From contig OZ024755.1 in the NCBI GenBank assembly GCA_964016885.1, positions 42,842,001-42,906,000 on the forward strand: a stretch of 64,000 bases of DNA, given 5' to 3'. The notes beneath the pieces are model-generated. The model did no database searches and was not told the DNA's origin. It saw nothing but the letters and a program-made list of their open reading frames with translations. Source of the stretch: Eledone cirrhosa. Taxonomy: Eukaryota. A program made the translations under genes and the position numbers. Shown here piece after piece: positions 50,439-62,484 of this stretch; position 1 is the first letter of the stretch; each line of letters starts with the position of its first letter.

Positions 50439-50476
50439 CGAGCTGAGGATCCGCTAAGGTGAAACAATTGTTCTCG
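50439..50476 (+). ncRNA. Minimal hammerhead motif inside fold-back 50350-50505
   Basis: CGAG-CUGAGGA-UCCGCUAAGGU-GAAA-CAAUUG-UU-CUCG. Confidence 0.72.
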
Positions 50477-50521
50477 GTATGATGAACTAACTGTTGTGTA
50501 ACCACCTCTGCATATATATAT

Positions 50522-52788
50522 ATCATCATCATCATCATCATCAGGTTTAGCGTCCGTGTTCCACGCTTGCATGGGTTTGGACGGGGGTTTTCCCACTTGA
50601 GGCAAGAGTGGTTGTCTTGCTCGCATAGGACTGTCTGGCGGGTTTTCTACAGTTGGATGCCCTTCCTAACACCAACCACATTTACAGTGTGGGGCTGGGA
50701 GGTTTTTACCGTGTTGCCTACACGGCCACATTACAGCGTGGACTGTCTGGCGGGTTTTCTACAGCTGGATGCCCTTCCTAACACCAACCACATTTACAGT
50801 GTGGGGCTGGGAGGTTTTTACCGTGTTGCCTACACGGCCACATTTACAGCGTGGACTGTGTGTTTTTTGTCGTGACACCTACACGATCTCATTTGTTTCG
50901 GCCTGGATGTTGTGGGACCAACATAACTTTACATTGAAAGGGGCGGTGTGGGTGGGGTGGAGGTGGTGGGACGGGGGTGTGTTTTGATAGAGGTGCCTAC
51001 TGACTGTAGTAGGTTTTTACTTTGTATTTAGGTAAGGCGGGTCTTCTCTATTACTGAGTACCGCCAAAGGTCTCGGTCCAGTGACATTGTCTTGGAGAGG
51101 TGTAAGCGTGTGAGGTCGGAATTTATCAGCTCGTCCCATGTTTTTCTGGGTCTGCCTACTCCGTGGCTACCGTCTATCTTTATTGCCCTGCACTTTGTTA
51201 TACAGCTGTCGTCTTTCATGCGCATCACGTGACCGTACCAACGTAGCCTTCTCTCGAGTAAACAACATCTGATCCCTCTTATTTCTAATTTTTTCCTTAG
51301 TTCGTTTATGCTTTGCCGTTCACGTATATTACTATTGCACATCCAGCGGAGCATGCAAGCTTCGTTCCTCTCTAGTCTGCGTATATCCTCTGCACACAAT
51401 GCCCAGGTCTCACTGCCATGCAGCATTGCTGTTCGTATGCAGGCATCGTATAACCTGCCTTTCATTTTTAGGGAGAACCCTCTAGCGGCTAATAGTGGTA
51501 TAAGCTCTCTGAACTTTTTCCATCCAGTTCTGACTCTAGCTACTGTACTTTCAGAGCACCCTCCCCCACTGCTGATTTTGTCACCCAGATAACGGAAGCT
51601 GTCCACTATTTCTATAGAACCCTCTGCGCAGTTGAAGGAGCTAGTATTTTGTGGGCACTTGCTGCTACTTATTGCACCAGAGCACCGGCCACATGTAAAA
51701 TCTATGTTCTTAGTTAGCTTACCTGTGATCCCACTACATCTTTTATGCACCCATACTTTGCATTTGGGACATAAAATGGAGTTTCTACCTACGCCTTTCC
51801 TACACACTGAGCATGGCCATTTCCCCGATGGGACCGCCGCCTTATTTTCTTTCCTACAAACTAGAACTTTAGTCTTAGCCAGGTTAATTTTAAGGCCTTT
51901 TGATTCTAGGCCGTGCTTCCACGTTTGGAATTTCTTCTCTAGTTCGGTCATTGATTCAGCTATGAGCGTTAGATCATCTGCGTATAGGAGTTCCCATGGG
52001 CAGCCGGTCTTGAACTCCTCTGTTATAGCCTGAAGGGCAATAATAAATAGTAGGGGGCTAAGTACAGAGCCCTGATGGACACCAACTTTTACGCTAAACT
52101 CTTCACTATATTCGTTGTTAATTCTAACCTTACTGACTGTTTCTTTATACATGGCTTGTATAGCTCTCACAAGCCATTCGTCAACCCCTAGTTTTCTAAG
52201 AGACCACCAGATAATGGAACGGGGGACTCTGTCGAAGGCTTTCTCCAAGTCGACAAAAGCTAAGTATAGGGGTTTACTTTTAGCTAGGTACTTCTCCTGT
52301 AGTTGTCGTACAATGAAAAGAGCGTCTGTGGTACTTTTGCCTGACACAAACCCGAACTGCATTTCATCTAGATCAATTCTCTCTCTGATTAGTTGCGCTA
52401 TTACTTTTTCCGTGACCTTCATGACCTGGTCGATTAATTTAATGCCTCTATAGTTACTCCTATCTAGGGCATCTCCTTTTCCCTTATAGCAGTTAACGAT
52501 GATGCTGCTACGCCATTCCTTCGGAACAACCCCATTCTGTACGACTTGGTTAACTATCCGGGTGACCATGGTGTGTCCCACCGAACCAGATGCCTTCAGC
52601 ATCTCAGCAACTATTTCCGAAGGCCCAGCCGCCTTACCCGTCTTCATATCTTTGATTGCCTTACTTATTATACTACCTTCAACTAACACTGCTGGTCCCT
52701 CTATTGGATCGATCTGGGGGAGACTGTCTTTCTCCCATTTGTTCTCCTCATTTAGAAGCCTTTCGTAGTGACACTTCCAAGCTACCTT

Positions 52789-52791
<3 letters not shown>
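50522..52791 (-). mobile_element. Young RTE LINE, 5'-truncated; uninterrupted 553-aa ORF at 51028-52689
   Basis: NYRGIKL, QFGF, FVDLEKAFD, GVHQGSVLSP, LYADDL, PHD finger, RYLG, GRPRKTW; 3' UTR with an internal duplication of about 110 bp and a (GAT)n tail. Confidence 0.95.
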
Positions 52792-52829
<38 letters not shown>

Positions 52830-52835
<6 letters not shown>

Positions 52836-53119
52836 GATATTAATAAATGGAAACTATATTTATAAAACCATATTTATTTCATTATTCATATTTCAGGGAT
52901 ACCACATTAAATTATGGTATGCCTTCATCAGACAAAATACAATATATAACAGTTTTACAAATAAGCTTTGACGTACCCTATTAAAATGCAACCATTATTT
53001 TTGGAAGCCATCCGGATAGTGTGCTTATATCAGTTATATCAGTTATAAAAATGTCAGTGCTTTATATCAGTTATAAAAATATTTACTTGTTGTATCCCAA
53101 CAATTTTAAATAGAACTTT

Positions 53120-53169
<50 letters not shown>

Positions 53170-53786
53170 AGAGTTCTATTTAAATTGTTGGGATACAACA
53201 AGCAAATATTTTTATAACTGATATAAAGCACTCAACAAATATTTGGAGTAAAAATACGATATTAACAAATGGAAACTATATTTATAAAACCATATTTATT
53301 TTATTATACATATTTCAAGGACACCAAGTTAAATTATGGTGTGCTTTCATAAGATAAAATATAATATAGATCAATTTTATAAATAAATATTGACATACCC
53401 TTAAAGAATGCAACCATTACTGTTGACATACCCTTAAAGAATGCAACCATTATATTATATATATATATAAAGAAAAAAAGATGAAATCGAAAATGCAACT
53501 GGAGTCTTATTTTAAAAAAAAAAAAAAATTTATTTGGTTCCTTTACCGGTTTCGCAGTTCTTATGCTTTTCAAAAGTAGAGTTGAGATGGAGTCCACAGA
53601 CCCTCCATCTCAACTCTACTTTTGAAAAGCAGAAGAACTGCGAAACCAGTAAAGGAACCAAATAAATATATATATTTTTAAAAAAATAAGACTCCAGTTG
53701 CATTTTTGATTTCATCTTTTTTTCTATATACTTTCACTCGTGTAGGACACCTCAGTTATTTTTCATTTTGTTAAAAAAAACCTCAC

Positions 53787-53835
<49 letters not shown>

Positions 53836-54296
53836 ATGATATTAAATAAATGGAAACTATATTTATAAAACCATATTTATTTTATTATATATATTTGAAG
53901 GGTACCAAGACAACATTGGTACGCTTTCATCAGATAAAATACAAAGTTTGTTTTATAAATAGAGACGTACCCATGAAATCATACCTTATTGGTTGGAAAT
54001 TCACTGGATAGTCAGATGAATAGATAGACTATCCAGTGAATTTCCAACCAATAAGGTATGATTTCATGGGTACGTCTCTATTTATAAAACAAACTTTGTA
54101 TTTTATCTGATGAAAGCGTACCAATGTTGTCTTGGTACCCTTCAAATATATATAATAAAATAAATATGGTTTTATAAATATAGTTTCCATTTATTTAATA
54201 TCATTGAATATTTACTCCAGTAAACTGTTGAGTGCTCTAAATCAGTTATAAACATTTATATTTGTCGGACTTCCAACAAATTAAATACTCCTTCTA

Positions 54297-54300
<4 letters not shown>
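52830..54300. repeat. Cluster of PLE-like end fragments and fold-backs in (TA)n
   Basis: IRs at 53057-53232, 53470-53725 and 53834-54206 (180-bp arms, 13-bp spacer); HHR motifs at 52875-52939 (-), 53619-53654 (+, U3-A8), 54099-54162 (+, GAAA changed to CAAA) and 53295-53362 (-, CUUAUGA). Confidence 0.85.
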
Positions 54301-54343
<43 letters not shown>

Positions 54344-54394
54344 TATATATATAGTATATATATATAGTATATATATAGTATATATAGTATATAT

Positions 54395-54432
<38 letters not shown>

Positions 54433-54668
54433 TTTACGTCCGCTTTTCCCTGCTTGCAAGGGTGGGACAGGTCTTATTTAGCACAGCATCTCTCCACTCG
54501 TCACGGTCCTTCGTCATCTCCACCGTGAGCTTCAATGATCTGAGGTCTGTTCTCACCACCTCCGCCCATGTTTTTCGTGGTCTACCTCTACCACGTCTTC
54601 CTTCAACTGGCATTTCCTGGCACTTCTTCACCCATCGGTCATCCTCCATGCGCATCACATGTCCATAC

Positions 54669-54670
<2 letters not shown>
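54395..54670 (-). mobile_element. RTE 3' end (second subfamily)
   Basis: WYGHVMRMEDDRWVKKC...LASREKRT plus (GAT)n. Confidence 0.9.
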
Positions 54671-54735
<65 letters not shown>

Positions 54736-54948
54736 TATATATATATATATATATAGTATATATATATATATATATATATATACAGTATATATAGTATATA
54801 TATATATATATATATAGTATTAATATATAGTATATATATAGTATATATAGTATTAATATATAGTATATATAGTATATATATATATATAGTATTATATATA
54901 GTATATATGTATAGTATTAATAAAATAGATGTTCTTTTGATCAATTAC

Positions 54949-55001
54949 ATTTTATTATACAGATTTCGGATGTACAACAGTACGTCCTCATCAGACAAAA
55001 T
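54949..55001 (-). ncRNA. Hammerhead ribozyme motif
   Basis: AUUUUGU-CUGAUGA-GGACGUACUGUUGUACAUCC-GAAA-UCUGUA-UA-AUAAAAU. Confidence 0.8.
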
Positions 55002-55962
55002 ATAATGATACATGACATACCCTGAGATGATAAATGGTTAAGATTTAATCAAGGTAGTGATTACCCGATATAAAATTTTACTTATATAATATCTGTGTGA
55101 GAGTGAAAAAACGTAATGAATTCATTAGAGAGTGTGGGAATAAGAAAAATATCCATCGAAACGGCTTGAGGTCTGCCGTCGGGGTCATACTTTTTCCTAT
55201 ATATACATGTATATATTATATTTTGTTGCAAAATGCGGTCTCCAACTATATCTCGGTTCCAACAGCCCAAAGTCAGCAGCTGGGAAACCACAAACCTGCC
55301 CAGTTAGACAACTTGCTTAGAATGGAAGAAATCGACGCACCAGGCTGGATGTCTTGTGTAATGTTCTTCCCCGACAATTCACATCGCCAACTTTACACTA
55401 TCTTTACTACGCTGCCAACCGCGCACCAGCTCCCTGCATTGGTAACTCCACCGGTTTAGTTTACCGCCAGTAAAACTCACAAAAATCCTGTGTATAATGC
55501 TTTCAATCAGTCACATAATCCATTGCTTGTTTTTCCTCTCTTTTGTTTGGGGAGCAGTGTTTCAGTGATACCATTTTCAGCTGATGATTGACTTTACAAT
55601 CTTCTTCGTAACACTACTCACTTCGTAGACCTTTATCGGCCCGACAAAAATCCACAATATATAAGGTACAGAGCGTTGTTTTGAAAATTAGATTTGTTAA
55701 AGAGCGGAGAATTTGAAAATTAGGTAGTGAAATAGAGCTCTGCCGTATCCAATCTGGGGGTTTTATAACTCCACCTATTAGGCTAATTTACTTAGTCAAA
55801 AAATACAGCGGAAGCTCTATTTCACTACCTAATTTCCACAGCCAAGCGCCCTCGCGAGATTCCCCAGTTACCTCTATTAGGCGAGCCGCCAGTGAAGAGA
55901 GGAACCTCGCAGTCAGCGGCCCGACTCTCCCAAACGTCTCGAAAACCACAGGCTGAAAAAGG

Positions 55963-58279
55963 TTTTTATTATACAAAGCAAATAAATAAATTTACAGTAG
56001 AATAACATAACAAATATGTTTTAAATATATACATAAATAACATTACAAATGCTTAGACAACATTATAAATTGCTCGCGATTCTTTCAGAAGGATATATTC
56101 CTTTAATGTTGCAATATTAAAGAAAATATAAAGGAAGGGGTGAACAACCGAGCCAACACCAGAGCAAAAGACAGCAGCCAGGAGTACTGGGCAAACTCTC
56201 TAATGATTTTTGAGGCAAGCCAGCACACTCGCAGCGTTGCCTCGGGTGATGGCGAGGCTGATGCGCTGAAACAGCCAAGCACCCTCGCGAGATTCGCCAG
56301 TCACCTCTATTAGGCGAGCCGCCAGTGAGGAAAGGAACCTCGCAATCAGCGGCCCGACTCCCCCAAACGTCTCGAAAGCCACAGGTTGAAAAATGTAGCT
56401 GGCTGACAGATCAGAGTTTTTGAGGGTCTTACTCCGCTCGGCTGCAGAAGCTGTGACTCTTATCCTAACCGCAGCATCCAGGATGTGGGAAAGAGCAAAA
56501 GAGTCACTAACAGTGACGTCCCAGACAAGGCACCTGTCAGGTCTTTTGCCGTCACTTCTGGACAACCCAGATGGTTCCAAGACTGAGGGGATATTCCGGG
56601 CCAAAGCTCTCTTCAGAATGCCGGCATTCAGGCGGCAAGAAAGACCGTGGAGGCCTGTAGACGTCAGCTACCAATCTGAGGGCAATGGAGACACGAAGTT
56701 CGTCCAGGCTGAGTAGGCCACCAACGTTGGCCACGGGTAGGTCATCGACCCAGTCGCCTGAGTATTTGGCGCTGGCAGATAGTAAGCGGCACCTTACAAA
56801 CTGATCTGACTGGACGAAGAGGGAGTCGAAGGTGGTCTTCGAACTTATGCTTATGATGTCCTCCACCTTCTCAGGAAGAGACACGCCCAACTCACTCCAT
56901 TGCTAGAGAGCTTCACCCAACTCCCTATTGGAACTAGTCCATGTTGGAGAGGAGAGGATGTTGATCACCAGGGTGGAGCAAGCGTGGGTGGAGGAAAGGA
57001 AGCAGGGGAGAGAGAGGGACGAACACTTATGAAGACCAAGACCCCCAAATCGCTTGGGCAACGCAGTCTGACCAGACACTCGAGTCTCTCGAAGATTAGG
57101 TCGTCGAAGCGTTGGAGGCAGGACGGAAATCTGTGAGAGGGGCTGACCCTGAGCAGATACAGAAGCTTAGGAATAGACAGATAGTTTCTGAGTATGAAGA
57201 AACCTTGATGGGGTTCGATAACTTCGATATTCCTCAGCAGCTGCTCAAGGCCAACCAACTTCGATTGGAAGGTTGACTCAAAGGCCAGGTCTCTGATTGG
57301 GGCTCCTAAGGAGCACCAAGCTGACGGGGAAGGAGCACGATGGAAGGGAAGGACTCTGCAAACAGGTCGATCAGCTGTTGGTGTTGAGAAGCCGGGTGGT
57401 TGAGGATCCAGAGCTCACATTTGGAGCTATTGATCTGGAGACCCCGGCGGCCAAGCTCCTCCACCATCCTGTTGGCAGTGGCGAGAACCATATCTGGAGT
57501 TCCCGCCAAACAGGCATCGTTGAGGTACCAGACATTGAGGTCCAACTCAACCCCCATCTTGGTGACGTCATCAATGCCCAGTGCAAACAGTGCCGACCCG
57601 AGTGGGTCACCCTGTTGGACTCCTGAGGCAGAGGTGATGATCTGGTCACCGAAAGAGAGGTAGGAGGGCTCCGATAAGCCTGCCAAGCAAAGTGGTAGAG
57701 TTGTGGGACCCTCTCTCTTACTGGGCCGAAGACGATGTTGTGGCTGACGGAGTTGAAGGCATTCCTGAGGTCAAGTTTGAGGATGACCTTGGGGGGTCGA
57801 GGAGGGCAAGTTGGTAAATGCTCTGGTAGTGTGGACAGCAGCCTCACATCCCAACCTGGTACCCGCCCCCAGCTGGATGGGGGAAAATTCCTCCGCCAGT
57901 GAGTCGGAGACCAACAGCAAACACGCCTTTCGGCGAAGAGTGCAGCCAACCGCAATGGGGCGCAGGTCCCCGTTGGGTTTGGTGAGACCAAATAGCACCG
58001 AAGAACAGTGGGCGGATGAACGGCAGAATGGTCACTGAAGAGAACTGATTCACAAACTGAGTCAGACTCTCCAAGACCTTGAGTCCAGCATCACCGGCCA
58101 ATAAGGAGATACCATCCTTGAGGTGTTGAGGACGAAGGCCGTCAATTCCCGCGCCTGACCCAGCGGGGAAGGATGAAATCGCCTTTCTGGTGATATCGGT
58201 GGTGTAAACCGGTCTCAAGTATTCTAGTGGTTCGGGCCAGTGTAGCTGATCATCTGGGGGTGCCGATGGGTGCTTCTCT
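55963..58279 (-). mobile_element. CRE-clade (RLE-type) non-LTR retrotransposon, 3' part, frameshifted
   Basis: GLRPQHLKD, LRPIAVGCTLRR, QLGAG...GCEAAVH, LKLDLRNAFNSV, GVQQGDPLG, WYLND; RLE motifs DGKRPD, WDVT, PVAFETFG, FQRISLAITRGNA. Confidence 0.88.
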
Positions 58280-58670
58280 TGTGGGTATGGTGCAGTGTGA
58301 GGGGGCCGGAAGCTGGGGAGTGCTCAACCGGAAGAGTGCTTGACCGGAAGGGTGCTTGGCCGGAAGGGTGTTTGACCGGAAGGGCCAGCAGATTGGCCTC
58401 TCTCTAGTGGTGACCAGGAACGGTGTGGACGCGAGCTTGGCAGCTCCCGGGTGTTAATGAGTTGGACGCACGTGGAAGAGGAGAAACAAGCCTTGGGATT
58501 TAGCGGCGCCTATGAAAAGCGGTAAGTGAGATAGCTTTTTCTAACCACAAGCTAAACTGAGATCTGATTGAAAAAAAAAAAAAAAAAAATTTCTCAAAAA
58601 AAAAGCTACTGGAAAAACAGAGAGGAGTCTGTTGTTTTTTTTTATTACGTACCGCAAGACAAATTAGGAT

Positions 58671-59432
58671 ATGGCTATGAGACTACGAACGAGCGAAGCG
58701 ATTAGGGCATTTACCGGTGAAGGCGATGTTGTGACTTGGCTGCGAAAAGTCCGGCTGGTCGCAAGCTTACAGAAGATAGAAGATGTGGCTGGCCTCATGG
58801 CACTGTACCTCGAGGGGGACGCGTTGGTACTCTTCCTTGAGTTGGATGAACACAGCCAAAGGGATGCGCAAAAGATTGAGAGGCGCATGATGGAAGCGTT
58901 CGCAGAGGGACCGTTAGCCGCTTTTGCTAAGCTGGCAAGAATTAGATGGAACGGTGAACGCGTTGACATTTTCGCAGCGGAAATACGGCGATTGGCCATG
59001 TTAGCTGGATATCAGGAGGAATGCGAACGCGCGGTGCGGTTGGCGTTCATAAATGGATTTCCAGACGACATAGCGGTGAAACTGCAGCAAGTCCCGGGTT
59101 ACAAAGAAATGGAGTTGTGTTCACTGGTGGAACAAGCCCGGATCATAGCAGAAGATGCCAAAAAGAGTGTTGCGGCGATAGCAACTACAGAGGCTCAAGG
59201 CAGCTGGCAGCGAAATGGTGAAAGGGAGGCAACCACGGCACGCGGTCGTCCGCGAACGTTTAGAGGTCGCTGTTTTAGGTGCCAGGGCCAGCACATGGCG
59301 AGAGACTGTAGAGAGTCAAGGCCGGAAATAATATGCTACCGGTGTAAGCGACCAGGCCACATCGCTACTAACTGCGACCAGCGAAACGATCCAAGGGGAA
59401 CTACTGTGCCGGTAGTTGCCCCTTACGAGTAG
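58671..59432 (+). CDS. gag: Gypsy gag with two zinc knuckles
   Basis: CFRCQGQHMARDC and CYRCKRPGHIATNC. Confidence 0.85.
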   Translation: MAMRLRTSEAIRAFTGEGDVVTWLRKVRLVASLQKIEDVAGLMALYLEGDALVLFLELDEHSQRDAQKIERRMMEAFAEGPLAAFAKLARIRWNGERVDIFAAEIRRLAMLAGYQEECERAVRLAFINGFPDDIAVKLQQVPGYKEMELCSLVEQARIIAEDAKKSVAAIATTEAQGSWQRNGEREATTARGRPRTFRGRCFRCQGQHMARDCRESRPEIICYRCKRPGHIATNCDQRNDPRGTTVPVVAPYE

Positions 59433-62216
59433 AGGCTCTGCCCGTGGTGGAAGTTTTCGTGAGGGGAAAGCCAAAGCGAGCCCTCATGGACACGGGCTGT
59501 ACGATGACACTGGTGACCATGGGGGTGGCGCAGAGGTGGAGAGGGAAGAGCAGCATAAGGGCAGTCGACGGCAGGAAAATTGAATGCCGAGGTCGCAGCG
59601 AGGTGGAGATGGCGGTACGGGGAAGGAAAATAAGGCTTTCTGCCATCGTAGTTGACAACGTGGTGGATGGGATCGGCGTGGTTATGGGCATGGATACAAT
59701 TGGCCGTCTAGGAGGCGTCAAAGTGAACAACGTCGGTGTGTCGTTTGGCGGCGTTGCATCGGTATGTGCTGTGAGTACGCGACAGGAGAACCAGAAAGCC
59801 CACGAGGAGAAATACCCCGCTTACACTGTGCAGGACAAAGACTTCAAGGCCGTGTTCGATGGGCAGCGATGGGTTGTTGAGTGGTACTGGAAGGGAGAAC
59901 CACCAACACTGAAGACCAAAGTGGGCTGCTCTCAACACACATTGAAGGGAAGCATTAGGAGCGAGTTCGAGCGAGAGGTAGAGAGATGGATTGAGGAGGG
60001 CATACTGCTTCCCTGGAAAGAGGAGGTGAAGTGCGGAGTATTGCCGTTAATGGCGGTGGCGCAACCCACGAAGAACAAGGTGAGGCCAGTACTGGACTTT
60101 CGGGAGCTGAACGAGCACGTGTCATGCCACACGGGTGGCGAGGTCACGGATGTCTGTGGGGAAACCCTGCGTGAGTGGAGACGCATGATCTAAAGTCGGC
60201 ATACATGCAATTGCATATAGATGAGAAGCTCTGGCAGTATCAGCTGGTCAAGTATAAGGGCCGGACATATTGCCTGACCAGGCTCGGTTTCGGGCTGAGC
60301 TCCGCATCGAAGATCATGGCGGCGGTCCTCAAGACCATTCTGGGAAAGGCCGACAAGATGAAGAGGGCCACTAACTCCTACATTGACGACATCCTAGTGG
60401 ACGAGTCTGTAGTGTCGGCGGCGGAGGTCACGAGCCATTTACAGGGGTATGGACTGGCTGTGAAGCCGTCAGAAGTGTTGGAGGGAGGAGCCGCGCTTGG
60501 ACTTAGGCTACAGCGAGACAGGACGGGCGTGTTAGTATTCCAGAGGGGAAATGAAGTTCCAGAACTGGGCCCAAGTATGAGTAGGCGGGAGCTTTTCTCG
60601 GTGTGTGGAAAGTTGGTGGGTCACTACCCGATTGCTGGGTGGCTCTGGACGGCATGCAGCTATGTTAAGAGACGAGCGGTAGGGGTGACTTGGAGTGACA
60701 GAGTGGGAGAGAGGACGGTGGCCATGATGCAGGAGATCGTGGAGAGGGTGAAGGCCGACGACCCAGTGCGGAGACGCTGGTATGTTCCCAAATCGCAGAG
60801 CGGGACCGTATGGTTCGATGCCAGCAGCATAGCGCTGGGTGTCATGTTGGAGATAGGAGGTGTTGAGGTCGAGGATCCAGTCTGGCTTAGGAAGAAGGAC
60901 GACTGCAACCACATCAATGTGGCCGAACTGGACGCAGTGTTGAGAGGGGTGAACCTCGCCCTGAGGTGGGGACTGCGCACCATCGAGATACGCACCGACT
61001 CGGCTACTGTACTCGGATGGGTGAGATCAGTGCTCACCAGTGAGAAGAGAGTGCGAACGAGAGGGGCGGCAGAGATGCTGATAAAGTGCCGCCTGGGAAC
61101 TTTAGGAGAGCTGGCCACCGAGTTCGACCTGAGGCTGAGCGTAGTTTTCGTGCCCTCAGAGAAAAATAGGGCGGACATCTTAACTAGGGTGAAGAAAGCC
61201 TGGATGGAAGCGTCGGAGGAGGTAGAAGATGAGATAGCTGCCGTGTGTCGGCTGACCGAGTCGGATCTGAAGGGTTGCATGACATGCACCACATGGGAGT
61301 GGATAGGACCCTGTTCCTAGCCAGGCGAATTGACTCAGACGTTAACAGACACAGTGTTCAAAGGGTGGTTAGAGGCTGCGTCCGATGTCAGTCCATTGAT
61401 CCCGCCCTGGGTGTGCACGGAACGGGAAGCCTCCCGGTGGATCGCGACTGGAAGTGATTGGCGGTGGATGTAACGCACTACCGACAGGGAACGTATCTCT
61501 CGATGGTCGACTGTGGACCAGGACGGATGGCGATATGGAGGGAGATGAAAACTGGAACGGCCGAGGAAATCATGCGGACATTGAGAGCGGTGTTCTTGGA
61601 GCGGGGCCCTGTGGACGAACTGCTGATGGACAACAGCGCAGCATTCCGCTCGGAGGTGCTGAGGGAGATGCCCGATGGATGGAAGGTGGACCGTTTCTTC
61701 AGAGCAGCGCACAGGCCGAGCGGGAATGGAATTGTGGAGCGACACCACCGGACGATCAAGGCAATGGCGGAGCGGGGCCATATCTCACCAATGGAGGCAG
61801 TGTTCTGGTACAACATGTCCCCTCAGGTGGGACAGGTTGAGGAATTGGTGCCACACAGAGCAGTATTCAGATACGAGTGGTGGCACCCGTGCACGCCACC
61901 ACAACGGCCAGTGGGGAGAGAGAATGCATTCATGCAGGTGGGCGAAGAAGTCTGGGTTAAGCCTCCAGATGCACGTTGCACATCTCAATGGGGAAGGGGA
62001 ACGGTGATGGCCGTAAATTCCCAGAACAATGTGTCCGTGGATGGAGTACCACGTCATGTCCTGGATGTCCGTAGAATCACTGTGTCAACGGACTCCAAGG
62101 AAGCGGAAACCCAAAGTGCCGCCCCAACACTGCGGAGATCGCAAAGAAGTCGCAAACCACCAACCTGGACAGCAGACTTTCATATGCAGAAGGACGAGGG
62201 GGAAATTGATCCTTGA
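59400..62216 (+). pseudogene. pol: Gypsy pol, disrupted
   Basis: PR ALMDTGC; RT RPVLDFR, DLKSAY, YIDDIL; RH WFDASS; IN HHMG...CVRC, DVTHY, GNGIVER; frameshifts near 60185 and 61270, stop at 61455. Confidence 0.88.
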
Positions 62217-62484
62217 GAGCACTCCCGGAAGCTGGGGAGTGCTCGACCGGAAGAGTGCTTGACCGGAAGGGTGCTTGGCCGGAAGGGTGCTTGGCCGGAA
62301 GGGTGCTCGACTGGAAGGGCCAGCAGATTGGCCTCTCTCTAGTGGTGACCAGGAACGGTGTGGACCCGAGCTTGGCAGCTCCCGGGTGTTAATGAGTTGG
62401 ACGCACGTGGAAGAGGAGAAACCAGCCTTGGGATTTAGCGGCGCCTATGAAAAGCGGTAAGTGATATAGCTTTTTCTAACCACA

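Larger units (their letters stand above)
58280..62484 (+). mobile_element. Gypsy LTR retrotransposon inserted in the CRE element
   Basis: TG...CA ends; 5-bp TSD TCTCT (58275-58279, 62485-62489); 5' LTR 58280-58549 and 3' LTR about 62225-62484; order gag-PR-RT-RH-IN. Confidence 0.95.
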
